In this document: positions 1 to 10,041 of the stretch, one piece after another
How the letters are laid out: every line of letters starts with the position of its first letter
Position numbering within the stretch: position 1 is the stretch's first letter
From: Candidatus Woesearchaeota archaeon
GTDB lineage: Archaea; Nanobdellota; Nanobdellia; Woesearchaeales; UBA10216
Length of the DNA: 64,000 nucleotides
NCBI GenBank assembly: GCA_016192905.1
Contig: JACPTG010000001.1
Span: 357,005-421,004, forward strand
Direction of reading: 5' to 3'
Position numbers and translations under genes: made by a program
The notes under the pieces: generated by a model
The model's database searches: none
What the model was told of the DNA's origin: nothing
Seen by the model: the letters and a program-made list of their open reading frames with translations, nothing else

Positions 1-3000
1 CACTCAAACACGTCAATAATCATCTTAACCAGCTTGCCCTCATAATAGACAGTCCTGGTTATCCTCGCAACAGCAGTGGAGTTGATCTTGATAGTTGCCT
101 TAATCCTGACAGGCTCCTTAGGCTTGCCCTCACAACACCTCACCTCATAATGCCTCTCCCCTGTCTCAGTGAAGTTATACGGCCTTGTAAAGTCCTTATG
201 GAAGCCATCACACGCGTCAATAGCAGCCCGGTCAAAGAACAGGCAGCCATTAGTGCCCTGGCACTCTGAATGGCACATCTCATCATTAGTATAAGAGCAA
301 TCCTCCTCGCAAAGGCTAGAGCCAAAGCCCAAGGCAAAGTTAACCATTGTAGGCGCAACAGTATCAAAGTCCTTAATCTGGATGCCCTTCAAGGTAGACG
401 GGCTGAAAGGAGCCTTGCTCGCAATCATATCATACAGGATAGTGCCCCTGCTGGCATTCACGCCATCAATCCTGTAAGTGCCATCAGCAGCAGTGAACGT
501 CCTGTTCCTTGAGCCAACAATCTTAACCTCAACTCCCCCGAGGGGATTGCCCCCTGCATCCGTCACCTTCCCGACAACCGAGCCGGTCGGAGTAACCCAC
601 AATGCTGGATGGGTATTGGCGTCACAGACTTCAAGGAATCCGTCGCCATTGGCGTCTGCATACACCCTATCCTTGTCAGGCCTGCTGATAACATCCTTCC
701 TCTGGACTCCATTAGCCGAAGCGTAAGTGTCAATGTCCTGATAGCACTTGCCGCTTAAAACGCAGCTCTTATCAGTCGTGCAGCAGGCAACGTCAGTCAA
801 GAGGTCGCCCATCCCAGACTTGTACTTCCTCACCTCATCCTTATCATCACCACAGCAGCCAGTTGACTGATAACCGGCATACTCGCCAGGCTGGGAGCCG
901 ACAGGCAGGCCCTGACTGTCAAGCCAGCCCTGGCCGCTGCCAATCCAAGTCTTGCCGCAAGTCGTGCACGGGTTATGGTTGGCTGCGGTTGCGTCATCTG
1001 CGTCATAAGTTTTCAGGACGCAATTCTCAGCAGCGCCAGCGCCATTGGAATTCGCAGCATAATACTCGCTATAAGTGCAGGAATCAACTCCAGTGCCGCA
1101 CGTTCCCGAGCAGCCCTCTGCGCTGGCAACATGAGAAACATCCACATTACACTGGCCAGTGCCGCACGAACCCTTATCACCATTAAAGCACACTCCTGTA
1201 GTTGAAGGCGAATCATCAGAGTCACCAGTGGCAACAGTGTCATAATCCCTACACTCCTTAGAAGAACTGGTGAAAGGCGAATCCTGGGCAACTGGATTAG
1301 GGTTGCAGGCGTACTCAGTAAGCGAATATTGGCTGGCGCACGCGTCTGCCTGCGAATAAGACTGAAGATTACAATAGCCGCCACCAGCCCCAGACAGGCA
1401 TCCCTGGGCATCAGTGCCAGAGACAGTGCCGCTCAGCTTAAAGACATCCGGACTTGCGCTGTCCGAGTCCAGACATGTCTGGCCATAAGTCAGGCAGTCA
1501 TAATCCTGGCTGATGAAAGGCACGTCCTGGGCATCAGCATTCGCAGGGCAGCCATACTCTGTAAGGGCGTTAACCGTGCACTTGTCCTGCTTGCCGAAGT
1601 CAAGCTGAGTGCATCGGCCCCCAGCGCAGCCAGTTGAATCCCTGCCTGTAGTGGTTCTCGGAGTGGTAACTCCTGCAATGCCATCAGGGTCACTGCACGT
1701 CTGGCCATAAGTCAGGCAATTTGCAGTCCCGTCCGGGCATGCTGCACCCTGCGCATAAGTCTCCTTCAAATTATTGCCAGTGCAAACATCATTAAGATTA
1801 TTGAACGCGCAGAAAGCTGAACCCGGAACTCCCTGACAGGCATAATAATCCTTGCAAAGCCCTGAAGTGAAAGGAGTGTAGCCACCATCAGAATCCTCAG
1901 ATGCCTTAGCCGTACAGTCCTCAGTCTGGGTGATTGTATAATCGCAGTACGGAGAGCCAGACGGAATACAAGCATAACTCCGGTACACCCTCACACCAGC
2001 ATTCGAACAATACCAACCAGTCAACAAATTACAGTCCTGAATCATACTGTCAGAAGCCGCATCATTACAATAACCGCCGCTACCGCCATTAGTGCACTGC
2101 CACTCATTCCTCATAATCTTACCCGCATTCCCGCCAGAACCACAATAATTATACTCAGAATTCTCACAATTATACGAATTGCTCACCCAAGGAATGCTAT
2201 CCTGATTAGAGCCGCAGCCATACTCAGTCAGACTGTTACCGCTACACCTGTCAGTAAACGCATAACTGCTGCCAATGCACCTGCTGCCACTGCAACTCGT
2301 CCCATCATAGCCAGAGACTGAGCCAGCAGAATTATAATTAGAAGGCGAACCATCCAAATCTGAACAGCTCTGGGCGTAAGTATTGCAGTTATAGTTCTTA
2401 CTTGGACAGGAAACTCCTGACGCATAAGTCTCTGCAAGATCAGTGTTGGATACGCAGTTATCATTATAATCCCTCAAATCACAATAAGCATTCGGGCCAG
2501 AGCCAGCACACTGGGTAAAGTCCCTGCAATAACCGCTGACGTCAGGCCTGTCACCCAAATCACTATCCTGACTGGCCAACTTGGGGCAGTCATCAGTCTG
2601 AGTAACTGTATAAGCGCAGGCAGGAGAGCCAGAAGCAGAACTGCAGGTATAATCCCTAAGCTCACGAGCGCCTGTAGGAGTGCAATACCATCCAGACTGC
2701 AACCCGCAATTCTGAACAAGAGAATCCTGCGCACCATCATTACAATAGCCGCCTTCTGCGCCAGAAGAGCAACGCCACTCATTCCTCATAATATTCCTGC
2801 CACTGCAATAAGTTGATTCCTGACTCTCACAATCACTAGTCTGAGACACATAAGGACTGTCCTGGCCGCTTGGATTACTCGGACATCCATATTCAGTCAC
2901 GAAATTGCCCGAAGGACCCCCACAGGAGTCACGAATTTCATAACCACTTGAAGAGCACTTACCCTGGCTACAGCCAGTACTATCAGAACCAGACACCTTC

Positions 3001-6000
3001 CCAGCAGAGTTAAAGACACTCCCACCATCAGAATCAACACAGGACTGGCCATAGGAATAACAGTCAGCCACAGTGCCAGAGCAATAAACACCATTCGCCA
3101 ACATCTCACCCAAATACCTGCCATCCATGCAATAGTCAGAAGAAGCCCACGCCACACAATCTGCACTGCCAGGGGTTCCTCCGCACCCATAATAATCATT
3201 ACATGAGCCATAAGCAAAGGGATAATTACCGCTATCAGAATCCGTACTGGCCTTACCCAGACAATCCTCAGGCTGGGAAGCCGCATAGGTACAGGCAGCA
3301 GAGCCGGAAACAACACCACAAGTATACTGCCTATACTCCTTCGTATTGCCATTGCAATACCAACCAGACTTAGCACCACAATCATCAACCAGAGAATCAG
3401 CAGCACCATCATTACACGCGCCGGAAGAACACTGCCACTCGTTCCTCATAATCTTACCTGCATTGGCGCCTGAGCCGCAGTAAGTTGTCTCTGAGTTTTT
3501 GCAGTTTATATCCGTGCTGGTGCATGAAGAGATGCCGCTTGAATAATATTCCCTCAGGGAAGTTGATGTGAGGCACGTATCAGTGACTGTGCTGCTTATG
3601 CATGCAGTCCCCTGACATGCCCCGGTTGTAGTTCCGGAAGTATAGGCTGTACATGAGCTAGCTGTACTTGGAACATTTCCACCATCAGGCTCGACAGTTC
3701 TTTGCACGCACCAGGAGCAGCCTTGCCGAGTTACTGGATTTTGGGCTTGTCGGCAGGACAGTTCGAAACTACACGCAGAGCACCCATTATCAGTTGTTGA
3801 GGTATAGTAGCAACCACCTACGCAATTTGAAATGGCCGAGCAGTCGGGATAGCAGCAGCTTGTTTGCGAGGGGGGCTTGGTATCCTTTTCATCGCATGTC
3901 CCAGCAGCCCCGCAGGATGCCTCGCAAAGGCCCCCGCCATAACTCGGAGTCGGAGAAGTCTGCTTTTTGTTGGCATCACAGGTAACACACACACCCGAAG
4001 AAGTATCGCAAGTGCCTGAGCAGCACTGGCTATTCTGAGTGCAAGCTTGGCCTGCTGCTGCCAGTGCAGTGTGGGTAACGCCACTCCCTGTGCACGCATC
4101 AACAGTGCAGGCATTCCCATCATCAATGGATGCAGTCTGGTAATTGCAGTTCACAGTGGATGTGCAGCTTGGATTTGGATTATAGTAACACACTCCGCTG
4201 ACTGTCTTGGGAGAAGGACAGCTGCCGGTGATGTCAAGATAATTGCAGGAAGTAGTGCAGCAGGAGTTGCCAGAGGCCGCGCCTGCAGCCTTCTCATCAC
4301 ACCTGATATCAGCGCCACAGGAAGAGTCGCAGAGGTTGCCGCCATAAACGTTTGACGGGCTCGTCTGCACGCTGTTGGAATTGCACCTGATACAGACGCC
4401 ATTGGTGTTATCCCTCAAGCCAGAGCAGCAGTCCGAAGCCTGCGTCGAACTTAACCCATCCAAAATCTTAGTTACATGCGAAACGCCAGAAGAAGAGCAG
4501 ACATCCACAGTGCATGAATTGCCATCATCCACAACAGCGCTGCCCGGCGCAGTATACGAATAGGCAGAGCAAGACTCGCCATAATAGCAGCGGCCACTCA
4601 CAACAACCCCATTATCATTGCAAGCAGCAGTGCCAGAACTGCATGAGGCTGCATTTGAAGCACCGCAAGTCCAGCCGCTATTAAGGTTGCAGGAAACCAC
4701 AAGGCTCCCATAATAGCAGTTGCCATTGGCAACCAGCCCCTGCTCCCTGGAGCACGCATTCATATCAAGAGTGCTGGAAGTGCAGTCACTCTTACAACAC
4801 TGGCTGCCAGTGGAATACCCGCCGCTCTGCTCATCACACGCAGCACTTGCCCCGCAGGAAGCCTCACATTGATAACCGCCGAAAGCATTACCGGGATTAC
4901 CCTGCCTACTGCCGCTGCACTGAATACAGACGCCATTGCCAATAGGGAAGCGCAGGCCGCCTCCCTTGGTCATATATTCCTGACCTGGCCGCACGTCAGC
5001 ATTAGACTTAAAGTCTCCGATATGATACCTTACCCTCACATTCTCTGATTGGAAGGTCGCGTAGTCATTAACCTTGATATAGTCTACATTCAGCTCCCTG
5101 CCATTGTCTTCATCCGGATTTGTATAAACAACCGCAACCTCTGAGCCATCCCTTATCAACGGTTCAGAACCCAAAAGCCACTGAGTGGTGTAATCTGCAT
5201 AGCTGCCTGTAGTTGTAAACGTATTCCGCCTTACCCAAGACTGAGAGGAAGACTCCCTAATCCACACCTCAACAACAGGCATAACACTGCCAGAATAACC
5301 AGGATAGTAAGAGCCCTTAGCCCTCACAATAACAGACTTGTAAAAGCCACCCAAGGCGTTTGAGTCGCAGATATTGCCCGAGCAACAGTCAGCACTGGAT
5401 GAGCAAACATTTGAATTTGGGCTGCATGCTTCAGTTACCTTAGGAGTGTCAACATTTACTGCGCTGGTTGCATCACAGTCGTCATTTGTAGAATCAAGCT
5501 TTACCAAATACTGTCCCCTAGCATTAGGCACATTGCCAGTGAAAAGATCAGTATAGCTGGTGACTGGGCTGGGCGATGAATAGCTCACTGCTGTCGCGCT
5601 ATCAGAGCTGCGGACTAAGGTTGACTGCAGATTTCCATTCTTGTCAACTATCCGGACGCTGAAGCTGCTTGCAGCGCAGCCACATGAGACCAGAGTGGAA
5701 GCTGAAATATACTCGCCTGGATTAAAGTTGTTCTTATTCGGGGTAATGGACTTGCTGTTGGCGCACACATTAATTGTAGTATACCTGTCACATCCATTAT
5801 CAGGCGAGTCAAGCATCACATTATAAGTTCCTGCTGCCGAGGGAGCAGTGCCGTAGAAGGTATCGCCATAAGCAGTTGAATCAGAAGAGGCGTGAACACC
5901 GCTGCCCATGCTGCTTACAAGAGTGCCATCCTGCTTCAGAATCTTCACCGTAAAACTGTTCCTAGTGCAAGCGCAGTTCGTACTCGTAGTTGCTGTAACC

Positions 6001-6593
6001 GACTCGCCTGGGAAATAAGTGGCCTTACTGGTGCTGAGAGAGCTTGACTTGCCAACCACTGTAAAAGACTGGGGAAGCTGCTTGAAACGCCACTCAAGGC
6101 ACTGGTCAGCTTCGCCCCTAACATTCCAGTCAAACTTAACGTAGTAAGTGCCAGTTGATGACGGCGCGCTGAAAGACCGCGAACATGAGCCGCCAACCGC
6201 ATAGGCGCACCTGTTGGCTCCCCAGCCGTCCTGCCAGTTGCCACAATATATAGAAGGCTCCTTACCAAAGCCGACAGCAGTCACAAAAGTGCCGCCGGAA
6301 TTGTATACGCCCACTTTACCCTTGTTTGAATCATCATTAGGAAGTCGAAGAGTGGTCACAGTGTCTGACAACAGCCCATTCCCGCAGTCAACCTTTCCAA
6401 CATTATTGTAAGTCAGGGTGACAGAGTCGCTAGGGCAGAGGTTGTTGACCGGCGAAATTGAAATATCAGGCTCAGGATATGTAAGCTCGTGGCCTGCCCA
6501 CGGCTCAGAGTAAAGCGTCTCATCCTGACTGATGACAAAGGTGGAAAGAAGGAAAACACCCAACAAAGCAATGGCCAGCCACCTCAACCTCAT
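1..6593 (-). CDS. Giant Cys-rich secreted protein, N-terminal >2190 aa (C-terminus beyond window start)
   Basis: All minus-strand ORFs reported in 1-6590 share one frame and are short. The other minus frame has no reported ORF because it runs off the window. Its ATG at 6593-6591 overlaps the TGA of the upstream gene (ATGA). N-terminal signal peptide MRLRWLAIALLGVFLLSTFVISQ. Codon-scale Cys richness (many gca/aca on plus strand). Tandem ~670-bp repeats (2101/2771/3441). A beta-sandwich CarboxypepD_reg-like segment (..GSVVGKVTDAGGNPLGGVEVKIVG..) near 430-560. Confidence 0.6.
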   Translation of the reverse strand, partial: MRLRWLAIALLGVFLLSTFVISQDETLYSEPWAGHELTYPEPDISISPVNNLCPSDSVTLTYNNVGKVDCGNGLLSDTVTTLRLPNDDSNKGKVGVYNSGGTFVTAVGFGKEPSIYCGNWQDGWGANRCAYAVGGSCSRSFSAPSSTGTYYVKFDWNVRGEADQCLEWRFKQLPQSFTVVGKSSSLSTSKATYFPGESVTATTSTNCACTRNSFTVKILKQDGTLVSSMGSGVHASSDSTAYGDTFYGTAPSAAGTYNVMLDSPDNGCDRYTTINVCANSKSITPNKNNFNPGEYISASTLVSCGCAASSFSVRIVDKNGNLQSTLVRSSDSATAVSYSSPSPVTSYTDLFTGNVPNARGQYLVKLDSTNDDCDATSAVNVDTPKVTEACSPNSNVCSSSADCCSGNICDSNALGGFYKSVIVRAKGSYYPGYSGSVMPVVEVWIRESSSQSWVRRNTFTTTGSYADYTTQWLLGSEPLIRDGSEVAVVYTNPDEDNGRELNVDYIKVNDYATFQSENVRVRYHIGDFKSNADVRPGQEYMTKGGGLRFPIGNGVCIQCSGSRQGNPGNAFGGYQCEASCGASAACDEQSGGYSTGSQCCKSDCTSSTLDMNACSREQGLVANGNCYYGSLVVSCNLNSGWTCGASNAASCSSGTAACNDNGVVVSGRCYYGESCSAYSYTAPGSAVVDDGNSCTVDVCSSSGVSHVTKILDGLSSTQASDCCSGLRDNTNGVCIRCNSNSVQTSPSNVYGGNLCDSSCGADIRCDEKAAGAASGNSCCTTSCNYLDITGSCPSPKTVSGVCYYNPNPSCTSTVNCNYQTASIDDGNACTVDACTGSGVTHTALAAAGQACTQNSQCCSGTCDTSSGVCVTCDANKKQTSPTPSYGGGLCEASCGAAGTCDEKDTKPPSQTSCCYPDCSAISNCVGGCYYTSTTDNGCSACSFELSCRQAQNPVTRQGCSWCVQRTVEPDGGNVPSTASSCTAYTSGTTTGACQGTACISSTVTDTCLTSTSLREYYSSGISSCTSTDINCKNSETTYCGSGANAGKIMRNEWQCSSGACNDGAADSLVDDCGAKSGWYCNGNTKEYRQYTCGVVSGSAACTYAASQPEDCLGKASTDSDSGNYPFAYGSCNDYYGCGGTPGSADCVAWASSDYCMDGRYLGEMLANGVYCSGTVADCYSYGQSCVDSDGGSVFNSAGKVSGSDSTGCSQGKCSSSGYEIRDSCGGPSGNFVTEYGCPSNPSGQDSPYVSQTSDCESQESTYCSGRNIMRNEWRCSSGAEGGYCNDGAQDSLVQNCGLQSGWYCTPTGARELRDYTCSSASGSPACAYTVTQTDDCPKLASQDSDLGDRPDVSGYCRDFTQCAGSGPNAYCDLRDYNDNCVSNTDLAETYASGVSCPSKNYNCNTYAQSCSDLDGSPSNYNSAGSVSGYDGTSCSGSRCIGSSYAFTDRCSGNSLTEYGCGSNQDSIPWVSNSYNCENSEYNYCGSGGNAGKIMRNEWQCTNGGSGGYCNDAASDSMIQDCNLLTGWYCSNAGVRVYRSYACIPSGSPYCDYTITQTEDCTAKASEDSDGGYTPFTSGLCKDYYACQGVPGSAFCAFNNLNDVCTGNNLKETYAQGAACPDGTANCLTYGQTCSDPDGIAGVTTPRTTTGRDSTGCAGGRCTQLDFGKQDKCTVNALTEYGCPANADAQDVPFISQDYDCLTYGQTCLDSDSASPDVFKLSGTVSGTDAQGCLSGAGGGYCNLQSYSQADACASQYSLTEYACNPNPVAQDSPFTSSSKECRDYDTVATGDSDDSPSTTGVCFNGDKGSCGTGQCNVDVSHVASAEGCSGTCGTGVDSCTYSEYYAANSNGAGAAENCVLKTYDADDATAANHNPCTTCGKTWIGSGQGWLDSQGLPVGSQPGEYAGYQSTGCCGDDKDEVRKYKSGMGDLLTDVACCTTDKSCVLSGKCYQDIDTYASANGVQRKDVISRPDKDRVYADANGDGFLEVCDANTHPALWVTPTGSVVGKVTDAGGNPLGGVEVKIVGSRNRTFTAADGTYRIDGVNASRGTILYDMIASKAPFSPSTLKGIQIKDFDTVAPTMVNFALGFGSSLCEEDCSYTNDEMCHSECQGTNGCLFFDRAAIDACDGFHKDFTRPYNFTETGERHYEVRCCEGKPKEPVRIKATIKINSTAVARITRTVYYEGKLVKMIIDVFE

Positions 6594-8197
6594 CTGACCC
6601 TCCGCTTCCTTGGCTGAACCTTAGGCAGCGCAGGCGGCCTCCTGGAAAGCAACCTGGCACCTATGAAGGCGGTAAGCGCAGCTACCAGCAAGCCAGCCAG
6701 GTACGGCCAGAGGCTTAGAATGTTAAAGCCTGGCTTCCTGAACTGGAATGGCGTTGCATTAATGACCTTTGAAACCTTTCCGCCGGGGTACTCTGCAGTA
6801 AAATTATAGGAGCCTGCCTCAAGGCGAAGCTCCTGAACAGTGCTCAGGTCAATGGGACCGATGTTTGAAGGGCCATTAGTGTAGAAGGCCGTGGCAGGAA
6901 CCCCATAAACCAGCTTCCCATTCTCATCTGAAATCTTCAACAGCACGTAAACAGGCGTGCCCTCAACAAACGAATCCTTTGACTCCTTGAACGACTGGTC
7001 TGAAGAGAAGACAAGCGAAGCCGAAGCGATTAAAGGAGCGAAACTGGAGGATTTTGAGGAAATCCTGTAGGAATCCACGACCTTACCTTCAGAGACTGCC
7101 TCGGCAACCACTGAAAACTCATCTACAGTCTCCTTTGCCTTGAAAGTGAGGACTTCCTCAGCCATATTGGCACCTGCATTAGCCCCTGTCAAATCGATGG
7201 GCAGCCTGCCAAAGGAGAAATCCTTCCAAAACTCTGCCATTGCCTTGCCATCCTTGTCAGAGAACCTAAGGCTCAAACGGCCTGAAATGTTGGACACCGA
7301 ATCCGCAGGCCCAACAAAAACCGCCTTCACATTTGCTGTCTCCCCTGCCTTATAAGCGGGCTTATCGGCAGAAAGCTCAACAAGCCTTGCGCCAGAACCG
7401 GCAACAACAAGCCTGTTCCTATAAAGGGAAAGAAGCTCTGCCCCATCATAGACCCCAATCCTGACAGCATAAGCAGTCGGCTTTGACGGCGCGGGAAAGT
7501 CAACTGGAAACTCATTGAGACCGGGGGAAAAGCTTAAAGGCTTGGAATAGGAGTAAACTGGCTTATCACCCAGAGTATCATCCCACTCATACACATCATA
7601 ATCCAGTATTAACTGCCGGGCTGAAGCGCTGGAAACAACAACCCTTGACTTCACAGTTGAGCCGGGCTGGACAGTCGGGCCAAGCTGGCTGGAGTAGCAG
7701 CCTTCCACACCTGAAAGCACGCCACAGACAACAGTAGAATTCCGGCTGATGGAGACCTGAGGAGCTGAAGCAGAACTGTTAACCCTGAAATACACAACAG
7801 CAGGGCTGATGTAAGACCAAGGCCAGCCGACAACGGCACTGCGGCCATCCTTCAAATAAATCTCAGCCCTGTACACTCCCGCCGGGGCAAAGCCAGGAAT
7901 TGACAGATTCACCCTATAATCACCAGCCTCACCCACCCTCAAATGAAGGCCGCGGTAAACCTCCTCAGAAAACTGATTCGCACGCGGCTCAAGGCTCAGA
8001 AAGGCAACCACAAGATAGCCGTCAAGCATCGCATCAGGGCCGCTGTTGGTGACTTTGACGTTAAGATAGCCGCTGGTTCCGGCACTGTAAACCGGCTCAT
8101 TGGTGTAAGCCTGGATTGAGGCAGCGGCTGAAACAAGAGATGCCGAAACTAAAGCTAAAGCAAGGATTAGCAGTATGACTACCCCTCTTTTTTTCAT
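6590..8197 (-). CDS. Secreted surface protein with C-terminal TM anchor and basic tail
   Basis: 535 aa. Signal peptide MKKRGVVILLILALALVSASLVSAAAS (tool start at 8206 is TTG). C-terminal hydrophobic helix plus RRPPALPKVQPRKRRVR. Stop overlaps start of downstream Cys-rich gene. Confidence 0.7.
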   Translation of the reverse strand: MKKRGVVILLILALALVSASLVSAAASIQAYTNEPVYSAGTSGYLNVKVTNSGPDAMLDGYLVVAFLSLEPRANQFSEEVYRGLHLRVGEAGDYRVNLSIPGFAPAGVYRAEIYLKDGRSAVVGWPWSYISPAVVYFRVNSSASAPQVSISRNSTVVCGVLSGVEGCYSSQLGPTVQPGSTVKSRVVVSSASARQLILDYDVYEWDDTLGDKPVYSYSKPLSFSPGLNEFPVDFPAPSKPTAYAVRIGVYDGAELLSLYRNRLVVAGSGARLVELSADKPAYKAGETANVKAVFVGPADSVSNISGRLSLRFSDKDGKAMAEFWKDFSFGRLPIDLTGANAGANMAEEVLTFKAKETVDEFSVVAEAVSEGKVVDSYRISSKSSSFAPLIASASLVFSSDQSFKESKDSFVEGTPVYVLLKISDENGKLVYGVPATAFYTNGPSNIGPIDLSTVQELRLEAGSYNFTAEYPGGKVSKVINATPFQFRKPGFNILSLWPYLAGLLVAALTAFIGARLLSRRPPALPKVQPRKRRVR

Positions 8198-8361
8198 GTT
8201 TACCAAGAATTCTTTAGCCGGAGAATCCTATTTAAAGCTTTTGGCCGCTTTCTGGCATCGGAAACCTCACCATAACAGCAGACTGCATCAAAGTTTATAT
8301 TTTATATAAATGACTATTCCTTAGCTCAGATGTTTAACTTTATATAAGCAACCTGCGCCAA

Positions 8362-8382
8362 AGGTGCACAAATATTATATAG
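8362..8382 (+). promoter_or_regulatory. GTGCAC palindrome + TATA-like box (recurring promoter module)
   Basis: gtgcacaaatattatata. Same module at 10044, 10010, 11648 and 12994. Confidence 0.4.
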
Positions 8383-8667
8383 CCTCAGGCACACAGGCTC
8401 ACATATGTTCAGAAGGCCTGCAGTGCTGCCAAAAAATCCGAACGATTGGAAAGCCTTTCTGCCTGGACTAAACACTTTTGTTGAGCCCAAGCAAGGTTCT
8501 CCATTGCATTCTGCCCAGACTGCCGGCTTAAACCTGCCAACACACGCAAAGAACACCTTAAACAGCACGGCAATAGAATGTCCACTTCAAAGTAGTTAAA
8601 AGAATAAACTTTATAAATTATAGCCCTTACAAAGTAGTAAAATGCCAAGACGCAAGGGTACGGCGAC
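8362..8667. repeat. 306-bp direct repeat copy 1 (promoter/5' flank of M23-domain paralog 1)
   Basis: Near-identical (about 97% by eye) to 10042-10347, exactly 1680 bp downstream. Contains GTGCAC + AAATATTATATA TATA-like element. Confidence 0.85.
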
Positions 8668-9947
8668 TCGCAGCAGGAATAGCCGCCATACTATTCCAAA
8701 TAAACCCCTTCGCCCAGCCAGCACAGGCAAACCCAAACTACAGGCCACCCGCGGTAAGCCGACAGGCAGATACCTACCAAAGGCCAAGCGAAGAAAAGGA
8801 GCAGAACCCAAACAACAGATTCATAACAGCCAGCAACACACCATTAGTTTACCTACAGCAGGCAATAAGTCCGACGGCGACCGTAACGGGCACATCTGCA
8901 TTTACACCAACCACGCCATTCTTAACATGGTTCATGCCTAAGGGAAAAGAATGGGGAATAAGCAACCAATATGATTATTGTTGGGATCCGCCAGGCAAAA
9001 AGTGCGATTATAAAGACAGAGAGGAAACTATAGCCAGAGATAACCATACTGGAATAGACGTTATTTCATTCGAGAACACTATGGTTGTTGCTGCGGCCCC
9101 TGGAAAGGTTATGCCCATTCAAAGAGACCCTTCAAATGATGAGTATGGTGTTCTTATTGACCATGCTAATGGCTATGGTAGCTCTTATACTCACATGGAT
9201 AATCCGGCTGATATGCCCAATCCCATAAAAGTTGGACAGAAAATAGAAAGAGGTCAGATTATTGGAAAGTTTAAGCGGTATGGACTAGGCGGGGGTCATG
9301 TGCATTTCGCAGTTATGTTTATAAATGATGGAGAGTTAGGGTACGGGACGATGGGCCCATATAGGAGAATCAGTCAACCTGTAAGCCAATACAACCAAAA
9401 TTTGTGGCTTGATGATCGGGGGCGTGAAAACTGCCCGCATTACGCTGGGGAAACCGATGCGCAGGATTGTATAGGAGACTTTTGGCCGCCGTACACGGCA
9501 ACTGCTACCCCTAGTAGCACAAGCAGCCCGACGCAGGTTGCGACATACACACCAACAACACCGCCCACAGCAACACCCAACTTCACAGCAACACCCTCTC
9601 AAACAGGCACGCCAACGGCAACAAGCAGCCCAACAGCAGTTGCAACCTTCACACCAACAGGAACACCAAGCCCAACACCAAACTTCACACCAACACCTAC
9701 ACCAACAAACACGCCAACCTCAACACCCGCACAGGCAACACCCGAACCAGTAGTATGCGGAGCAGGCGGAAGAGTTGTACAGAAAGCAACAGGCCAACAG
9801 ACATGCCAATATTTCGCAAATGTCCCGGTAGTATTAAACTATACCTCAGGAAACCAGAACATAGCCGTAACTGGCGCTACCACAGCAGCATACACATCAG
9901 CAGCAGCAGACTACAGGATAAGCGCAACACGTCCGGCACTACGCTGA
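8667..9947 (+). CDS. M23 (LytM/lysostaphin-type) metallopeptidase-domain protein with Thr/Pro-rich linker and C-terminal Cys domain; start uncertain (first ATG at 8934)
   Basis: HTGID (HxxxD) and GGGHVHF (HxH) motifs. TPT-repeat linker. C-terminal VCGAGGRVVQKATGQQTCQYF domain shared with paralog. In-frame homology to paralog N-terminus extends upstream to ~8667 without ATG/GTG/TTG. Confidence 0.65.
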   Translation, partial: LAAGIAAILFQINPFAQPAQANPNYRPPAVSRQADTYQRPSEEKEQNPNNRFITASNTPLVYLQQAISPTATVTGTSAFTPTTPFLTWFMPKGKEWGISNQYDYCWDPPGKKCDYKDREETIARDNHTGIDVISFENTMVVAAAPGKVMPIQRDPSNDEYGVLIDHANGYGSSYTHMDNPADMPNPIKVGQKIERGQIIGKFKRYGLGGGHVHFAVMFINDGELGYGTMGPYRRISQPVSQYNQNLWLDDRGRENCPHYAGETDAQDCIGDFWPPYTATATPSSTSSPTQVATYTPTTPPTATPNFTATPSQTGTPTATSSPTAVATFTPTGTPSPTPNFTPTPTPTNTPTSTPAQATPEPVVCGAGGRVVQKATGQQTCQYFANVPVVLNYTSGNQNIAVTGATTAAYTSAAADYRISATRPALR

Positions 9948-10041
9948 GAAGGCCTCACACAAACATGTCAGTTGTAATGCCCAGATTTAACCAATAGTAT
10001 GCATTTCTAGTGCACAATTTAAGGATAAAATGTGCATTTAC

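Noticed and set aside
140-6268. Series of short minus-strand ORFs (e.g. 1013-1411, 2897-3412, 3818-4126, 5945-6268) all in one frame
   Set aside because: They are the Ala/Leu/Arg-rich off-frame of the giant Cys-rich gene. The true frame is unreported only because it runs off the window.
8642-8941. ORFs 8642-8941 and 10322-10672 encoding Lys/Arg-rich peptides upstream of the M23 genes
   Set aside because: Off-frame readings of the shared repeat / N-terminal region. The in-frame reading is homologous between paralogs.
9538-9753. Gln/His-rich 71-aa ORF within M23 paralog 1
   Set aside because: Alternate frame of the Thr/Pro linker codons.
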